A DNA stretch of 64,000 nt. Origin: a virus. The translations under genes were made by a program, and so were the position numbers. The notes beneath the pieces are model-generated. The model was not told where the DNA came from. It did no database searches and was given only the letters and a program-made list of their open reading frames with translations. Positions 37,376 to 46,907 of this stretch are shown here, one piece after another (position 1 is the stretch's first letter; every line of letters starts with the position of its first letter). The stretch covers positions 1 through 64,000 of the IMG/VR virus record IMGVR_UViG_3300033553_000478. The stretch is one strand, 5' to 3'.

Positions 37376-37782
37376 AATACTTACAAGATTATATGGACAA
37401 TAAACAATCAGCTTTGTTTCAGGAGTCCTCAGCGTTCTTTGCTTTTAGCAATGAACAATTAAAAGAAGGACTTCAAAAGTTCGATTTGAAAGACACGAAA
37501 GCCATTGTCTCAATGGGAGCTGGCTTATATGTCAAGCGTGAAAATGCAAAATCATTATCTGAAGGATTAGATAAAATCTGGAATGATGCTGTTGCACAGG
37601 ATATCGCTGATCACGGACTTGAAAGAATTATTCTTAGAGAGCTTGGCAATCACGAAGCCTGGTATACCGGTGACACCGAATCTACTTGGGATGCCCTTGA
37701 GGGATATCCCGGGATTAAGAGAGAGTACGTCGATAAATTACATCGTAACCGTAACTACAAAATCCCAACAGATGAGCAGTAA
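37372..37782 (+). CDS. conserved phage/plasmid early protein (FFAFSNEQ...ELGNHE family)
   Basis: Motifs AFFAFSNEQLKEG, MGAGLY and RELGNHEA. Confidence 0.55.
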   Translation: MKYLQDYMDNKQSALFQESSAFFAFSNEQLKEGLQKFDLKDTKAIVSMGAGLYVKRENAKSLSEGLDKIWNDAVAQDIADHGLERIILRELGNHEAWYTGDTESTWDALEGYPGIKREYVDKLHRNRNYKIPTDEQ

Positions 37783-37926
37783 GCTTTATTATCGAGCCTA
37801 TAAGTTTCTTAAACTTCGGGCAAAAACGGAAGATCCGTTCAAAGCTATAACTGATTTGTCTTATACGAATCAAGGTAAAATCATTGATTTCCTGAAAAGG
37901 AACCATCAAGTTAAATTCCTGTAATT

Positions 37927-38316
37927 ATGAATAAAGGTGAATTAATGAAGCTTGTATATGGAAGCACATCAAATATAGATAGTGCTATCCCTTCAGCTTA
38001 CTGGAATAAACTTAATACCAGAATCCACGTAATGAATTACAGAGGCTTAGGACTCGGTGAAATTCAGAACCTTTATAAGCAGGCTATTAAAAAAGGCCTG
38101 CAGATAGATTACTCTGAAGAATATGCGAAATGCGTAGAATCTGACGAGTACTTCTACAACAATTATTGTTGGCAGGAAGGAATGGAATTCTATACTCCGG
38201 ATGTGTTTGAAAAATATATCACAGGCATCCGTGATATCCGGGACCAGGACTTCAAAGATCAAGCTGAGGATATGTTCAAAGCATATCCCATTAAACCACA
38301 AGACGCAAATGATTAG
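37927..38316 (+). CDS. hypothetical protein
   Basis: 129-aa ORF. Confidence 0.5.
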   Translation: MNKGELMKLVYGSTSNIDSAIPSAYWNKLNTRIHVMNYRGLGLGEIQNLYKQAIKKGLQIDYSEEYAKCVESDEYFYNNYCWQEGMEFYTPDVFEKYITGIRDIRDQDFKDQAEDMFKAYPIKPQDAND

Positions 38317-38320
38317 ACTT

Positions 38321-38674
38321 ATGAAAAAGTACGATATAAAGTTCAAGAATTGGAAATGTAATATTGAGTACGGACAGTACGGAACGGGAGCCACAGCTTT
38401 AAGCTTAATCGACCACGTAGATGGTGAGCCAGTGGCCACCGCTTCGGTAAACCTTATGAAGGAAGATATTGATCCACGTATCAGAGTAGATGTTCAATCC
38501 TCTGCAGAACTTCCCAAAGACCACGTTTATATAAAAACCTGGTCTGAAAATGAGGGAATGGTAGAAGCATTAATTGAAGCCGGAATTGTTGTTAGTCAAC
38601 ATAAGGTTGTGCCGGTAGGCCCATATGGTTCACAAGCTGTTGAAGTAAAAATTCTCAATATGCCTCAGCAATAG
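38321..38674 (+). CDS. DUF4313-like protein
   Basis: GEPVATASVNL...YIKTWSENEGMVEALIEAGI. Confidence 0.6.
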   Translation: MKKYDIKFKNWKCNIEYGQYGTGATALSLIDHVDGEPVATASVNLMKEDIDPRIRVDVQSSAELPKDHVYIKTWSENEGMVEALIEAGIVVSQHKVVPVGPYGSQAVEVKILNMPQQ

Positions 38675-38680
38675 ATAAAT

Positions 38681-41287
38681 ATGTCTAATATTGCTGAAAA
38701 AGTACAGCTTTTGTTTGATGTCGGAGAATTTGAGGTGAAACCCCCTAAGCCCGTAGTTCCTATTCCTAAGATGGAAATAGTAACCAGTGTTCCCTACATA
38801 GAGGTGGACATTGGTAACATCAGGCAAATGCTCCCAAAACTCTACGATCATCAGCAACAGGATGTGCTGAAAATAGAGAAACGATTTCAAGTAGGAAAAG
38901 GATATCTGTGTACCAACGGTACTGGTACAGGAAAAACATTCGTTGGACTCGGAACAGTTAAACGGTTCTGGGCAAAAGGATGTAGAAATATTCTTATTGT
39001 TACTCCTACTGAAACGAAGTGTGGTGACTGGATTGATGAAGGCAAGCACGTTAACCTGAAGCTTTATAAGCTGGAAGGTGTAAACGACAAAGGCCACAAT
39101 ATCCGCGTCACAACGTATGCTAACTATTATCAGAACGATGAGTTAGATACGGTTATATGGGATCTCGTAGTCTACGATGAATCTCATTACCTCAACCAAA
39201 ACTCCAAAGGAAATGAAACTGCTTATTTAACCAAGCATAAATTCATTACCAATCTGCCCTCTTCTGTAAAGAACAGAGCTGGAGATATTGTTGGTGATAA
39301 ACCCAAGTATGAACTTGGGAATGATTACGAACTATATCAATGGCAGCTCGATGCCTGGAGGAATCAAATGCGGACTTACATATTTGATACAGTCGGCAAG
39401 ACCAAAGTGTTATTCCTTTCAGCTACTCCATTCGCTTACCATAAATCAATCAAGTATGCGGATGGCTGTTTGTTCGATATCACAGAGTGTATAGAGGAAC
39501 AGGAAAACCCGAGATCTGGTTATTATAATGAACCATCTCCCTGGGAGAAGTTTATGATGGAGCATTTCGGTTACCGAATGAAACATAATAAGCTGACCAT
39601 TCCAGAAACAGGAGTAGATCAAAACCTTTTAGAACGTGCGTTCTTTGAGAACCACGTTCAAAAGGGTGTAATGTCAACCAAAATATTGGAATTGGATTAC
39701 GATTACTCCCGCGACTTCTTCCTTGTAGATAGTGAGCTTGGTCACTTCATAAACTCAGGAATTGAGATGTGGTGGAATAAGGATGTTTACGAGAAATATC
39801 CTCTTATGGCTAAAGTGGTACCGAAGAAATACCGGTACCTCTACATCAATCAACTTCTGGAAGCTATTAAAGCTAAGGAGATACTTGACAGGATCCAGCA
39901 ACATCTGGACCTTGGCCGCAAGGTTGTAATCTTTCATAGTTACAATCACGCTACCGTAGAGCATCCCTTCAGGTTCAATGAAGATAAGCTTACTACAGCA
40001 GACGAAGAATGGTGGAGATCTGACCTTCGGGATGAGATACAGAAATGGTATCAGCAATTCCCGCAGTATGCAAACCTCAGCTTAAAAGGATTGAATAACT
40101 GCAGGGCTACAATCCGTGAACGCTTTCCGGATGCATTAGAATTCAATGGTACCATATCCAAGAAAAAGAAGAAGCAAAATATTGAGCTCTTCAATGATGA
40201 TAACTCCGGATATGATATAATCATTGTTCAATCTAAGGCTGGCCGTGAGGGGATATCCCTTCACGACAATAAAGGTGGCAAGCCAAGGGTATTGATCAAT
40301 CAATCATTACCAGTGGCACCAACTGAAGCTATCCAAACTGAAGGTAGAATCTACCGAAGTGGTTTGCAGAGTAACGCGATGTTTGAATATCCTGTTATTC
40401 ACACAAGCTTTGAAATGGTAGCTTTCGCAACCACGATAGCATCAAGAGCCAAGACTGCAGAAAACCTGGCAATGGGCAATTACGCCCGAGATCTGGAAAC
40501 TGCATTCAAGGAAGGCTATATGAATGCGACAATTGAAGCTCCAAGCTTGGAGCAAGGAGTTGGCGGTAAAGAGAGTGATCGTAAGCTTCTGGAAATATCT
40601 GAGTTCGACAAAGCCAAAACATATTACTGGTCCAGAGCGAAAAAGAATTCCAAGAATAAGGCAGCTGAAGGAGTTGACTACTTCGCTACGCCTGAGCCGT
40701 TAGGTATGAAGATGGTAGAGTGGTTGGATCCACAACCAGACGAGCACGGTTTAGAACCTTCGGTTGGTCACGGAGCAATCGGAAGATGGTTCCCCGGATT
40801 TAGCAACAATGTATTCGTTGAGCCAAGTTTAAAGCTATTCGGAGAAATGGCAATAAACTGTACAGGCCGTCACGAGAATGTCACCTTTGAAGAATTTAAA
40901 ATAATAAACAAAGCTGACTTCATTGCAATGAATCCACCATTCGGACACCAGGGCAGGACTGCTATTGAGCATATTCAAAAAGCTCTGATACATATGAATC
41001 AGAGATCGATGAAAGGCGCAAGACTTCTGGCCATTATTCCTAATGGTCCAGCTATGGAAAAGAAACTTGATATCCTTATGGAGCATAAAATATTCAATAG
41101 CTTCAGGTATACAGGTGAGATCTTACTCCCAGAGGTTACTTTCAAGAGAGCCGGTACCGGTGTAATGTGTAGGATTATTAAAATCGAGCACGTCAACACA
41201 GGTAACGAGCAATTCAGGAGAATTGACTTATCACGTTGCTCAACTATCGAAGAGTTCTTCGACGAGATTGAGCATTTAAATTTCTAA
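38681..41287 (+). CDS. SF2 helicase - N6-adenine methyltransferase fusion (DarB/strawberry-notch-like)
   Basis: Helicase motifs GTGTGKT, DESH, LSAT, EGISL, QTEGRIYR; MTase motifs FATP, LEPSVGHG, NPPF. Confidence 0.85.
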   Translation: MSNIAEKVQLLFDVGEFEVKPPKPVVPIPKMEIVTSVPYIEVDIGNIRQMLPKLYDHQQQDVLKIEKRFQVGKGYLCTNGTGTGKTFVGLGTVKRFWAKGCRNILIVTPTETKCGDWIDEGKHVNLKLYKLEGVNDKGHNIRVTTYANYYQNDELDTVIWDLVVYDESHYLNQNSKGNETAYLTKHKFITNLPSSVKNRAGDIVGDKPKYELGNDYELYQWQLDAWRNQMRTYIFDTVGKTKVLFLSATPFAYHKSIKYADGCLFDITECIEEQENPRSGYYNEPSPWEKFMMEHFGYRMKHNKLTIPETGVDQNLLERAFFENHVQKGVMSTKILELDYDYSRDFFLVDSELGHFINSGIEMWWNKDVYEKYPLMAKVVPKKYRYLYINQLLEAIKAKEILDRIQQHLDLGRKVVIFHSYNHATVEHPFRFNEDKLTTADEEWWRSDLRDEIQKWYQQFPQYANLSLKGLNNCRATIRERFPDALEFNGTISKKKKKQNIELFNDDNSGYDIIIVQSKAGREGISLHDNKGGKPRVLINQSLPVAPTEAIQTEGRIYRSGLQSNAMFEYPVIHTSFEMVAFATTIASRAKTAENLAMGNYARDLETAFKEGYMNATIEAPSLEQGVGGKESDRKLLEISEFDKAKTYYWSRAKKNSKNKAAEGVDYFATPEPLGMKMVEWLDPQPDEHGLEPSVGHGAIGRWFPGFSNNVFVEPSLKLFGEMAINCTGRHENVTFEEFKIINKADFIAMNPPFGHQGRTAIEHIQKALIHMNQRSMKGARLLAIIPNGPAMEKKLDILMEHKIFNSFRYTGEILLPEVTFKRAGTGVMCRIIKIEHVNTGNEQFRRIDLSRCSTIEEFFDEIEHLNF

Positions 41288-41288
41288 A

Positions 41289-41576
41289 ATGAGAAATAGA
41301 GAAAAGGACAGCATCAACTGGTTAATGAATCAGGAAGATGCCAGAGCCCTTATTCAGGTAATTAATCCAAGGGATTTTACTATTATCGAAGCGGTAACAC
41401 TTCACGTTGGAGCCGTAGATCAAGAGGAAGTAATTTCCGAAACCAGTGAAATGGTTCAATGGAAAAGAGAAGAAGCCGAACAAAAGCTTCGTATCTGGAT
41501 CAATAAAGTGAATGATATTCACGGTCATAAAGTTGGAGAGAAATACATATACTTCCGATTTAAAAAATGGAACTAA
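41289..41576 (+). CDS. hypothetical protein
   Basis: ORF in operon. Confidence 0.5.
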   Translation: MRNREKDSINWLMNQEDARALIQVINPRDFTIIEAVTLHVGAVDQEEVISETSEMVQWKREEAEQKLRIWINKVNDIHGHKVGEKYIYFRFKKWN

Positions 41577-41821
41577 TGAAAAAAATAATCTTAGTGCTAT
41601 TCATAGTAATTAGCTGTGCTTGGCAAACTCCGGATTTAAGTAAAGCCTGGCAATCAGGTTACATTGTTGGATGGTGTTACCACCAAGAGTATTGCATTGA
41701 GCCAATACCACCAGTGGCACCAATCCCGCGGATACAGGACACAACATATAAAATGATGTACAACCGCGGGTTTATAACAGGACTCAAAGCTTATGAAAAG
41801 CAAAGAACAGGTAGAAAATAA
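41576..41821 (+). CDS. putative lipoprotein
   Basis: MKKIILVLFIVISC signal/lipobox-like N-terminus. Confidence 0.5.
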   Translation: MKKIILVLFIVISCAWQTPDLSKAWQSGYIVGWCYHQEYCIEPIPPVAPIPRIQDTTYKMMYNRGFITGLKAYEKQRTGRK

Positions 41822-41962
41822 GATCGCCATTCTAAAATCAGAACTTGAAACCCTTGACGCTATTGCGGCCAAGGGTTTTTCATTTCCTGCAGACAGGAAA
41901 CATAATGTAGAGCAGCGCCAAGTTAGGCAAGCTCTTATTGTTGGACTTAAATGGGTATTAAA

Positions 41963-42193
41963 ATGAGCAATACAATTGAATGGCACGATGCCTACGACAA
42001 AAATTCCAAGGCTGAACAAGAACGCCTGGAGAGAGAGGAAAGAGATCGTAAGGAATACGATGAAAACCTCGATAGAGCAAAAGACGAAATGTGGGATGCT
42101 CTTGGAACAGATGATTTCAGAACTTCAGATTTTGATGATATCTGTTCAAATTACGGTATAGATCCTGACGATCTAATTGACGAATTAATTTAA
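41963..42193 (+). CDS. small, highly acidic protein
   Basis: D/E-rich helical sequence. Confidence 0.55.
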   Translation: MSNTIEWHDAYDKNSKAEQERLEREERDRKEYDENLDRAKDEMWDALGTDDFRTSDFDDICSNYGIDPDDLIDELI

Positions 42194-42197
42194 AGCT

Positions 42198-42488
42198 ATG
42201 ATTAAATTTGAAGAGCTCCGACCGGAGCTGGTAGAAATCCTCAAAGAAAACAGTATTGAGGAAAAGGATCTGGAGAATAACTATTCAGATCTATACATTG
42301 GCTGCAGTTCTTTTGACCAGGCTGGAAAAATAAGATCTAAAATTCCGAAGCACGCAGCCCTAACAAGTACCTTCTTTCCGCAGGAAGGTAGCAGTATGGA
42401 CCACCACAAAATATGTGTAGAGGTGGCATTCGGCTATATGGATGGGTACTTTGATAAAAAATATGGAAAGCGCAATAAATCCACTTAG
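42198..42488 (+). CDS. hypothetical protein
   Basis: Contains NYSDLY. Confidence 0.5.
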   Translation: MIKFEELRPELVEILKENSIEEKDLENNYSDLYIGCSSFDQAGKIRSKIPKHAALTSTFFPQEGSSMDHHKICVEVAFGYMDGYFDKKYGKRNKST

Positions 42489-42493
42489 AATGT

Positions 42494-42501
42494 TATATTT
42501 G
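42494..42501 (+). promoter_or_regulatory. Bacteroidota -7 element heading the PRTRC-dnaB operon
   Basis: TATATTTG just upstream of ATG 42511. Confidence 0.6.
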
Positions 42502-42510
42502 TAACTTCTT

Positions 42511-42735
42511 ATGGAAGAAAATGAGAAGCCTACCAGAATTTATCTGGTAGATGGAAAACGAGTTGCGATAATCAAGTCAAACACACATACATATAATGTG
42601 CGCTTTGTCAAGTCTGGAATATTTATGGAAGTGTATAAAAAATATGTGATTAGTTGGTTTCCAAAACCCACTAAAAAATCTTCCACACCTATTCCCAAGA
42701 AACCAAAAAATTCACAAACCTCGCTGGACTTTTAG
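42511..42735 (+). CDS. small beta-barrel (SH3/Tudor-like) protein ending QTSLDF
   Basis: Alternating beta pattern RVAIIK..TYNVRF..G....V. Confidence 0.4.
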   Translation: MEENEKPTRIYLVDGKRVAIIKSNTHTYNVRFVKSGIFMEVYKKYVISWFPKPTKKSSTPIPKKPKNSQTSLDF

Positions 42736-42756
42736 TCCGGCATAATACAATTCAAT

Positions 42757-44709
42757 ATGGAACAAATGACCAAAGAGCAGTATATGGAAATGCTTAACTG
42801 GGATCAATCCCTTTACAAAATCATATCTGGTGAGGAAGCCGAACCTTTGTTAAAAATCGGTGGCCACCAGAATTATGTTTATGCTGTTTCGCCTAAAGGT
42901 GAGAAAGCATTTGGTAAAGGATCCAAGGTTGTCAAGATTGATTGGGCAGAAAAGCATTCAGCCCCAGCCGTAGAGCAAACTCCTGCTGCAGCAATTCCAC
43001 CGCCACCGGCAAACATACCACCCGCCCCGGCCGCTGCAAGCATACCACCTCCACCAGCTACGGAAGCTGCTATTCCACCGCCTCCGGCACAGGAAGAAAA
43101 GCCAGTAGAAGATAACTCCGTTTATGAATTGAGATTGGCGCAGCTGAAATCAATTGGATGGAATCAGGTAAGTGATAATGTCCTTGAACGTAAAGACGGT
43201 AAGAGGGTAAGTAATGATTACCTGAAGATGATGAATGATGATGCATTTATGGATCTTATGAAAGCTCCCCTGGAAACTCCTAAAGAGGAACCAGTGAAGG
43301 AAGAAGTTAAACAGGCTGAGCCTGCTTGGGAACCATACATAAAAACCCGAGTGGCTAATTTAATTAGCCAAGGCTGGAAAGCCGATCAGAACGGCAATTC
43401 CGTTGTTATTTCCCCTGAAGGGAAATACTACGGATTTATGGAGATAGGTGAGCTCAGCAATAAAGATTACACCGATCTTATCAAAAAGCCGGAAGTTCCT
43501 GCAGAGATCAAAGAGATCGCAGATGCCTCTCCGAATGTGCATATAGTTACTATGCCTAAGGATGATGAACCTACGGCTGAAGATATCGCGAAAGAGAAAG
43601 CTAATAAGCTTTTACAAATTCGCAGAATTGCACTTTCAGCACTTGGTTTTACCAATGCTCCTGGAGCTGCTATGTGGCAATCTGATATCAATCACAACGT
43701 GAGCGATAAAGAAGTGATCGCAATGGGAGAAGATGAATTCAAAGACTTCCTGAAACTTATGGATGGTAAAATAGTTACCGTCAAAGCTCAGAAAGCCAGT
43801 GAAGATCGTCAGGCCAAAAATGAAGAAATCCGGAAGCAGAAAGAAGCTGAACAGTCTAATCCTGATGTAGGAGTTGAAATAGCAAATGAAGCTGCTGAGG
43901 TTGCCGAGAAGTCAATAAATGAAATGGCAAATGAAACCGAAGGTATGTCAGCTGTAGAATTGGATGAACACGATGTTCGTAAACTTGCTATTGAGCAAGC
44001 TCAGAAACGTGATGATGCCGAGATCGATAAGTATGAGGCTGAGAAGAAAATGGATGAATTGATGGAGAAGCTTCAAAAAGAGAATGATGCTCACAAGGAG
44101 CAATTCGAGAAATGGAAGCAAGATCTCATTGCTGAAACTGAAGCGGAGAAAAAGAAAATCCGTGAAGAGTATCAGCAAAAAGAATCTCCAATGACCACCG
44201 GAGATGCTGGTGGCTTCTTCGGTTTGCTTGCAGAGCTGGGTTTTGGGCAGCTGAATTTATCAGTGACAAAGTTGGAAAGCAATAAGTTCAGCGTTATCGT
44301 GAAGCCTCAAAACTTCTCAGGCGATCCAGCGTTGGATGAAATTCGTCCAATGACTTTAAGCGGTTCTCCTGCAGAATTAGATGAAGGTTTCTTCGCTGCT
44401 ATCAGCCAGCCATTACAGAAAGTCCACGGTGTTATGAGTAACGCCCAGGCTGTGATCGCTGATCTGGAAGAGAAAGCCAAGAAAACCAAGGCTGCAGAGG
44501 AAGAGAAAAAGAAAGTCACCAAAGCTGTAGAAAAAGCTAAGAAGCATCATGATGATAAAGATTTTGATGCAAAAAGTGATGCCTCTCTGAAAACTGCAAA
44601 GAAGAATTGGGATGCTGTACTGGCATTGGATCCTGGTAATAAGGATGCAAAGGCCGGACTTGATAAGCTGGAGAAGCAAATCAAGGAGAATGCTGAAACT
44701 CTTCTTTAA
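42757..44709 (+). CDS. PRTRC system protein E domain fused to a long repeat and proline-rich N-terminal region
   Basis: C-terminal FF..L...LNLSV...SVIV...GDPA...PMTLSGSPAELDEGFF..I..P matches Bacteroidota PRTRC-E. Confidence 0.8.
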   Translation: MEQMTKEQYMEMLNWDQSLYKIISGEEAEPLLKIGGHQNYVYAVSPKGEKAFGKGSKVVKIDWAEKHSAPAVEQTPAAAIPPPPANIPPAPAAASIPPPPATEAAIPPPPAQEEKPVEDNSVYELRLAQLKSIGWNQVSDNVLERKDGKRVSNDYLKMMNDDAFMDLMKAPLETPKEEPVKEEVKQAEPAWEPYIKTRVANLISQGWKADQNGNSVVISPEGKYYGFMEIGELSNKDYTDLIKKPEVPAEIKEIADASPNVHIVTMPKDDEPTAEDIAKEKANKLLQIRRIALSALGFTNAPGAAMWQSDINHNVSDKEVIAMGEDEFKDFLKLMDGKIVTVKAQKASEDRQAKNEEIRKQKEAEQSNPDVGVEIANEAAEVAEKSINEMANETEGMSAVELDEHDVRKLAIEQAQKRDDAEIDKYEAEKKMDELMEKLQKENDAHKEQFEKWKQDLIAETEAEKKKIREEYQQKESPMTTGDAGGFFGLLAELGFGQLNLSVTKLESNKFSVIVKPQNFSGDPALDEIRPMTLSGSPAELDEGFFAAISQPLQKVHGVMSNAQAVIADLEEKAKKTKAAEEEKKKVTKAVEKAKKHHDDKDFDAKSDASLKTAKKNWDAVLALDPGNKDAKAGLDKLEKQIKENAETLL

Positions 44710-44873
44710 TGCTGGTATTAAAAGGCATTATCGTAGAGCAAAAGATCGAGTTCGGTAGGGGAGAGTCCAGAAACTTCTCCCCTGTCCTCGATACTTTAGA
44801 GAAAACTTATGAGCTGTCCGAAGAATTCAGACCGCACATTGGAAGAAAAATGACAATTATAATACAAGATTAA
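44709..44873 (+). CDS. small protein (54 aa) inside the PRTRC operon
   Basis: Read from the sequence; TAATG-coupled to PRTRC-E; stop lies 1 nt before the Ubl ATG. Confidence 0.45.
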   Translation: MLVLKGIIVEQKIEFGRGESRNFSPVLDTLEKTYELSEEFRPHIGRKMTIIIQD

Positions 44874-44874
44874 T

Positions 44875-45081
44875 ATGGCTTTAGAAACCGCAGAATTAAA
44901 GAGAGTATTCAAACACAAAGATGTTGAATTGGAAGATGTACCAGGTGCATCTTTGAAGGAAGTTTCAAAGATCTATTCAGGTGTATATCCTGAATTACTC
45001 AATACGATGCCTACATATAAGGATATCGTTGATGGAGTAGAGATTTATGAGTTCAATGCCAAAGTTGGCCTGAAAGGTTAA
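44875..45081 (+). CDS. PRTRC system protein C (prokaryotic ubiquitin-like)
   Basis: LKRVF...LED.....EV...YS..YPEL.....YEF..KVGLKG; ends in Gly. Confidence 0.9.
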   Translation: MALETAELKRVFKHKDVELEDVPGASLKEVSKIYSGVYPELLNTMPTYKDIVDGVEIYEFNAKVGLKG

Positions 45082-45083
45082 TT

Positions 45084-45278
45084 ATGTCATTTCTCAAAAA
45101 GTTCAGAGAATTATCAAAAGAGTCCGATTGGGGTAACCCCATCGGACTTTTAAATGATGAACAATCCAGAGAGTTATGCGAAGTAATAATAAGAAATCAG
45201 CAGAAAAAAGTCCAAAGCCAAAGCCGGCAGAAACGAGTAGATCCTACACAAATATCACGGAATATCTTTCTCACTTAG
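45084..45278 (+). CDS. small hypothetical protein of the PRTRC cassette
   Basis: 64 aa directly after the Ubl gene. Confidence 0.45.
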   Translation: MSFLKKFRELSKESDWGNPIGLLNDEQSRELCEVIIRNQQKKVQSQSRQKRVDPTQISRNIFLT

Positions 45279-46339
45279 CGCCAATACATCATTATAGTAA
45301 GCTTGAGGTAATGGAGCAATTCGAGCCATTTAATTTCAATGGCATATCGAAAGAAGATTTTGAAAAGTTCCTCGAGAAGTTTGATGTAATGCTAAAGAAC
45401 AGTGGCTACGATCTGGATGATGATATAGAGAATATAGACTGCTTCAGTGACTTCTACAAATATCTTGGGCAATTCGCAAATAAGCTGAATTGTCATTATG
45501 ATATTGAGTATGAAGAATTGATGAGGTTCACTGGTGATTTACCTATTCAAGAAACAAACATTCAATCTATAAATACATATTGGGTTGAGAAGCTGATAGA
45601 TATTTTACCGCCAGACATAGCGCTGTATTTGGATTACACTTGTTTTGTAATCCTTCAGAGAGCTACCAAAGTTATGCATTATGATTACCACCTTGCGGAA
45701 GAACCTCTGGAGTATAAGTACGATGAAGAGGAAGAATATGCCGATCAAATACAGATGTGGCATAAGCTTAATAGTTACACTATTGTCCTGTACAAGAAGT
45801 TTATCAAGGACAAAAAAACCATAGTTTCACCTTGCCCGGTTATGAAAGGCAGGCCAGAGAAGGAGCAGCAAATAATTAAGATCTGCAAGTTCCTGGTGAA
45901 TCATAATGAATATATGGCACTTCAATTTATGCCGGTAAAATTCTACTTGCAGTGTTGCGGAGAGTCGCATGACGAAGATAGTGAGGAAATGAGCCATATA
46001 GCTACACAGCTTATTGATGGCGACGGAGAGTATGCCGTAGATGCATATTACAATGCTTATTACGTGCTGACTTATGATAACGGGAACAGCTCATTAATAG
46101 ATGATTATTGTGAGTTCCTGAACCAGGCATATCAAATGAATGAATGGTACCACGAAATGAGCAAGATTGTCAAGGTCAATCACAAGAATGAATTTATTCC
46201 TGTAAACAAGAAAGCCGCCAGAACAGTTGTAAAATATCACGACTCATTTGGCGATTTAAACGAACTTTTAAAAGCATATTACGATGAGAGAGTTGGTGCA
46301 AACAATGAAGCCTGTATCGCTGTTGACAGTGTACGATAG
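45176..46339 (+). CDS. PRTRC-associated protein (protein F position)
   Basis: Acidic 387-aa ORF between Ubl and E2; assigned from synteny only. Confidence 0.5.
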   Translation: MRSNNKKSAEKSPKPKPAETSRSYTNITEYLSHLAPIHHYSKLEVMEQFEPFNFNGISKEDFEKFLEKFDVMLKNSGYDLDDDIENIDCFSDFYKYLGQFANKLNCHYDIEYEELMRFTGDLPIQETNIQSINTYWVEKLIDILPPDIALYLDYTCFVILQRATKVMHYDYHLAEEPLEYKYDEEEEYADQIQMWHKLNSYTIVLYKKFIKDKKTIVSPCPVMKGRPEKEQQIIKICKFLVNHNEYMALQFMPVKFYLQCCGESHDEDSEEMSHIATQLIDGDGEYAVDAYYNAYYVLTYDNGNSSLIDDYCEFLNQAYQMNEWYHEMSKIVKVNHKNEFIPVNKKAARTVVKYHDSFGDLNELLKAYYDERVGANNEACIAVDSVR

Positions 46340-46907
46340 TGGCTATATAGATTACCGAGATGTATTGGAAGCGGGAAAGGTTTCAGCTTCCAGACCATTA
46401 TACCAGGAAACCATAAATGATATTTTCGCAAATCTGAGAGGTGATCATAACCTTAAAAGATTTGAAGGTGTCATTCCAAACAAAATGGTTTATGTGGATC
46501 CAATGAGAGATCTATTTGTCTGGACCAGAAAAGCGGAAGTCCGGGAACTTCTACATACAACAAAGAAACATTCCGGAAAATATGCTATTCCTACTCTTGT
46601 ATTTCGCATTGAGAAGGGCAGTGTGAGTGTTGTGGCCATAAAGAAATTGGCTATCAATTCTCCTGTATATATTCCCCCGTTTACAAACACAGCAAATGGC
46701 GATGTTTGTATGGGTTCCGCTTCTCTGAAAACCGAGACTTGCGACTGCATTGAAGATCTGGTTGAATATGCCGAAAACCAATTCTACAATTCCTATTTCA
46801 CTCATTCCCCGACTGAGTACCAGCTTTTGGGAAAAGGTAAATCTACCTTCCCCAAAAAGGAACTGAAGGCAATGGGTATTAACCTAAAGCAATTTATAAA
46901 TGGATAG
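46284..46907 (+). CDS. PRTRC system protein B (prokaryotic E2 family D)
   Basis: GVIP..M, FVW, IPTLVF, PFTNTANGDVCMGS (candidate catalytic Cys), FYNSYFTH. Confidence 0.85.
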   Translation: MRELVQTMKPVSLLTVYDSGYIDYRDVLEAGKVSASRPLYQETINDIFANLRGDHNLKRFEGVIPNKMVYVDPMRDLFVWTRKAEVRELLHTTKKHSGKYAIPTLVFRIEKGSVSVVAIKKLAINSPVYIPPFTNTANGDVCMGSASLKTETCDCIEDLVEYAENQFYNSYFTHSPTEYQLLGKGKSTFPKKELKAMGINLKQFING

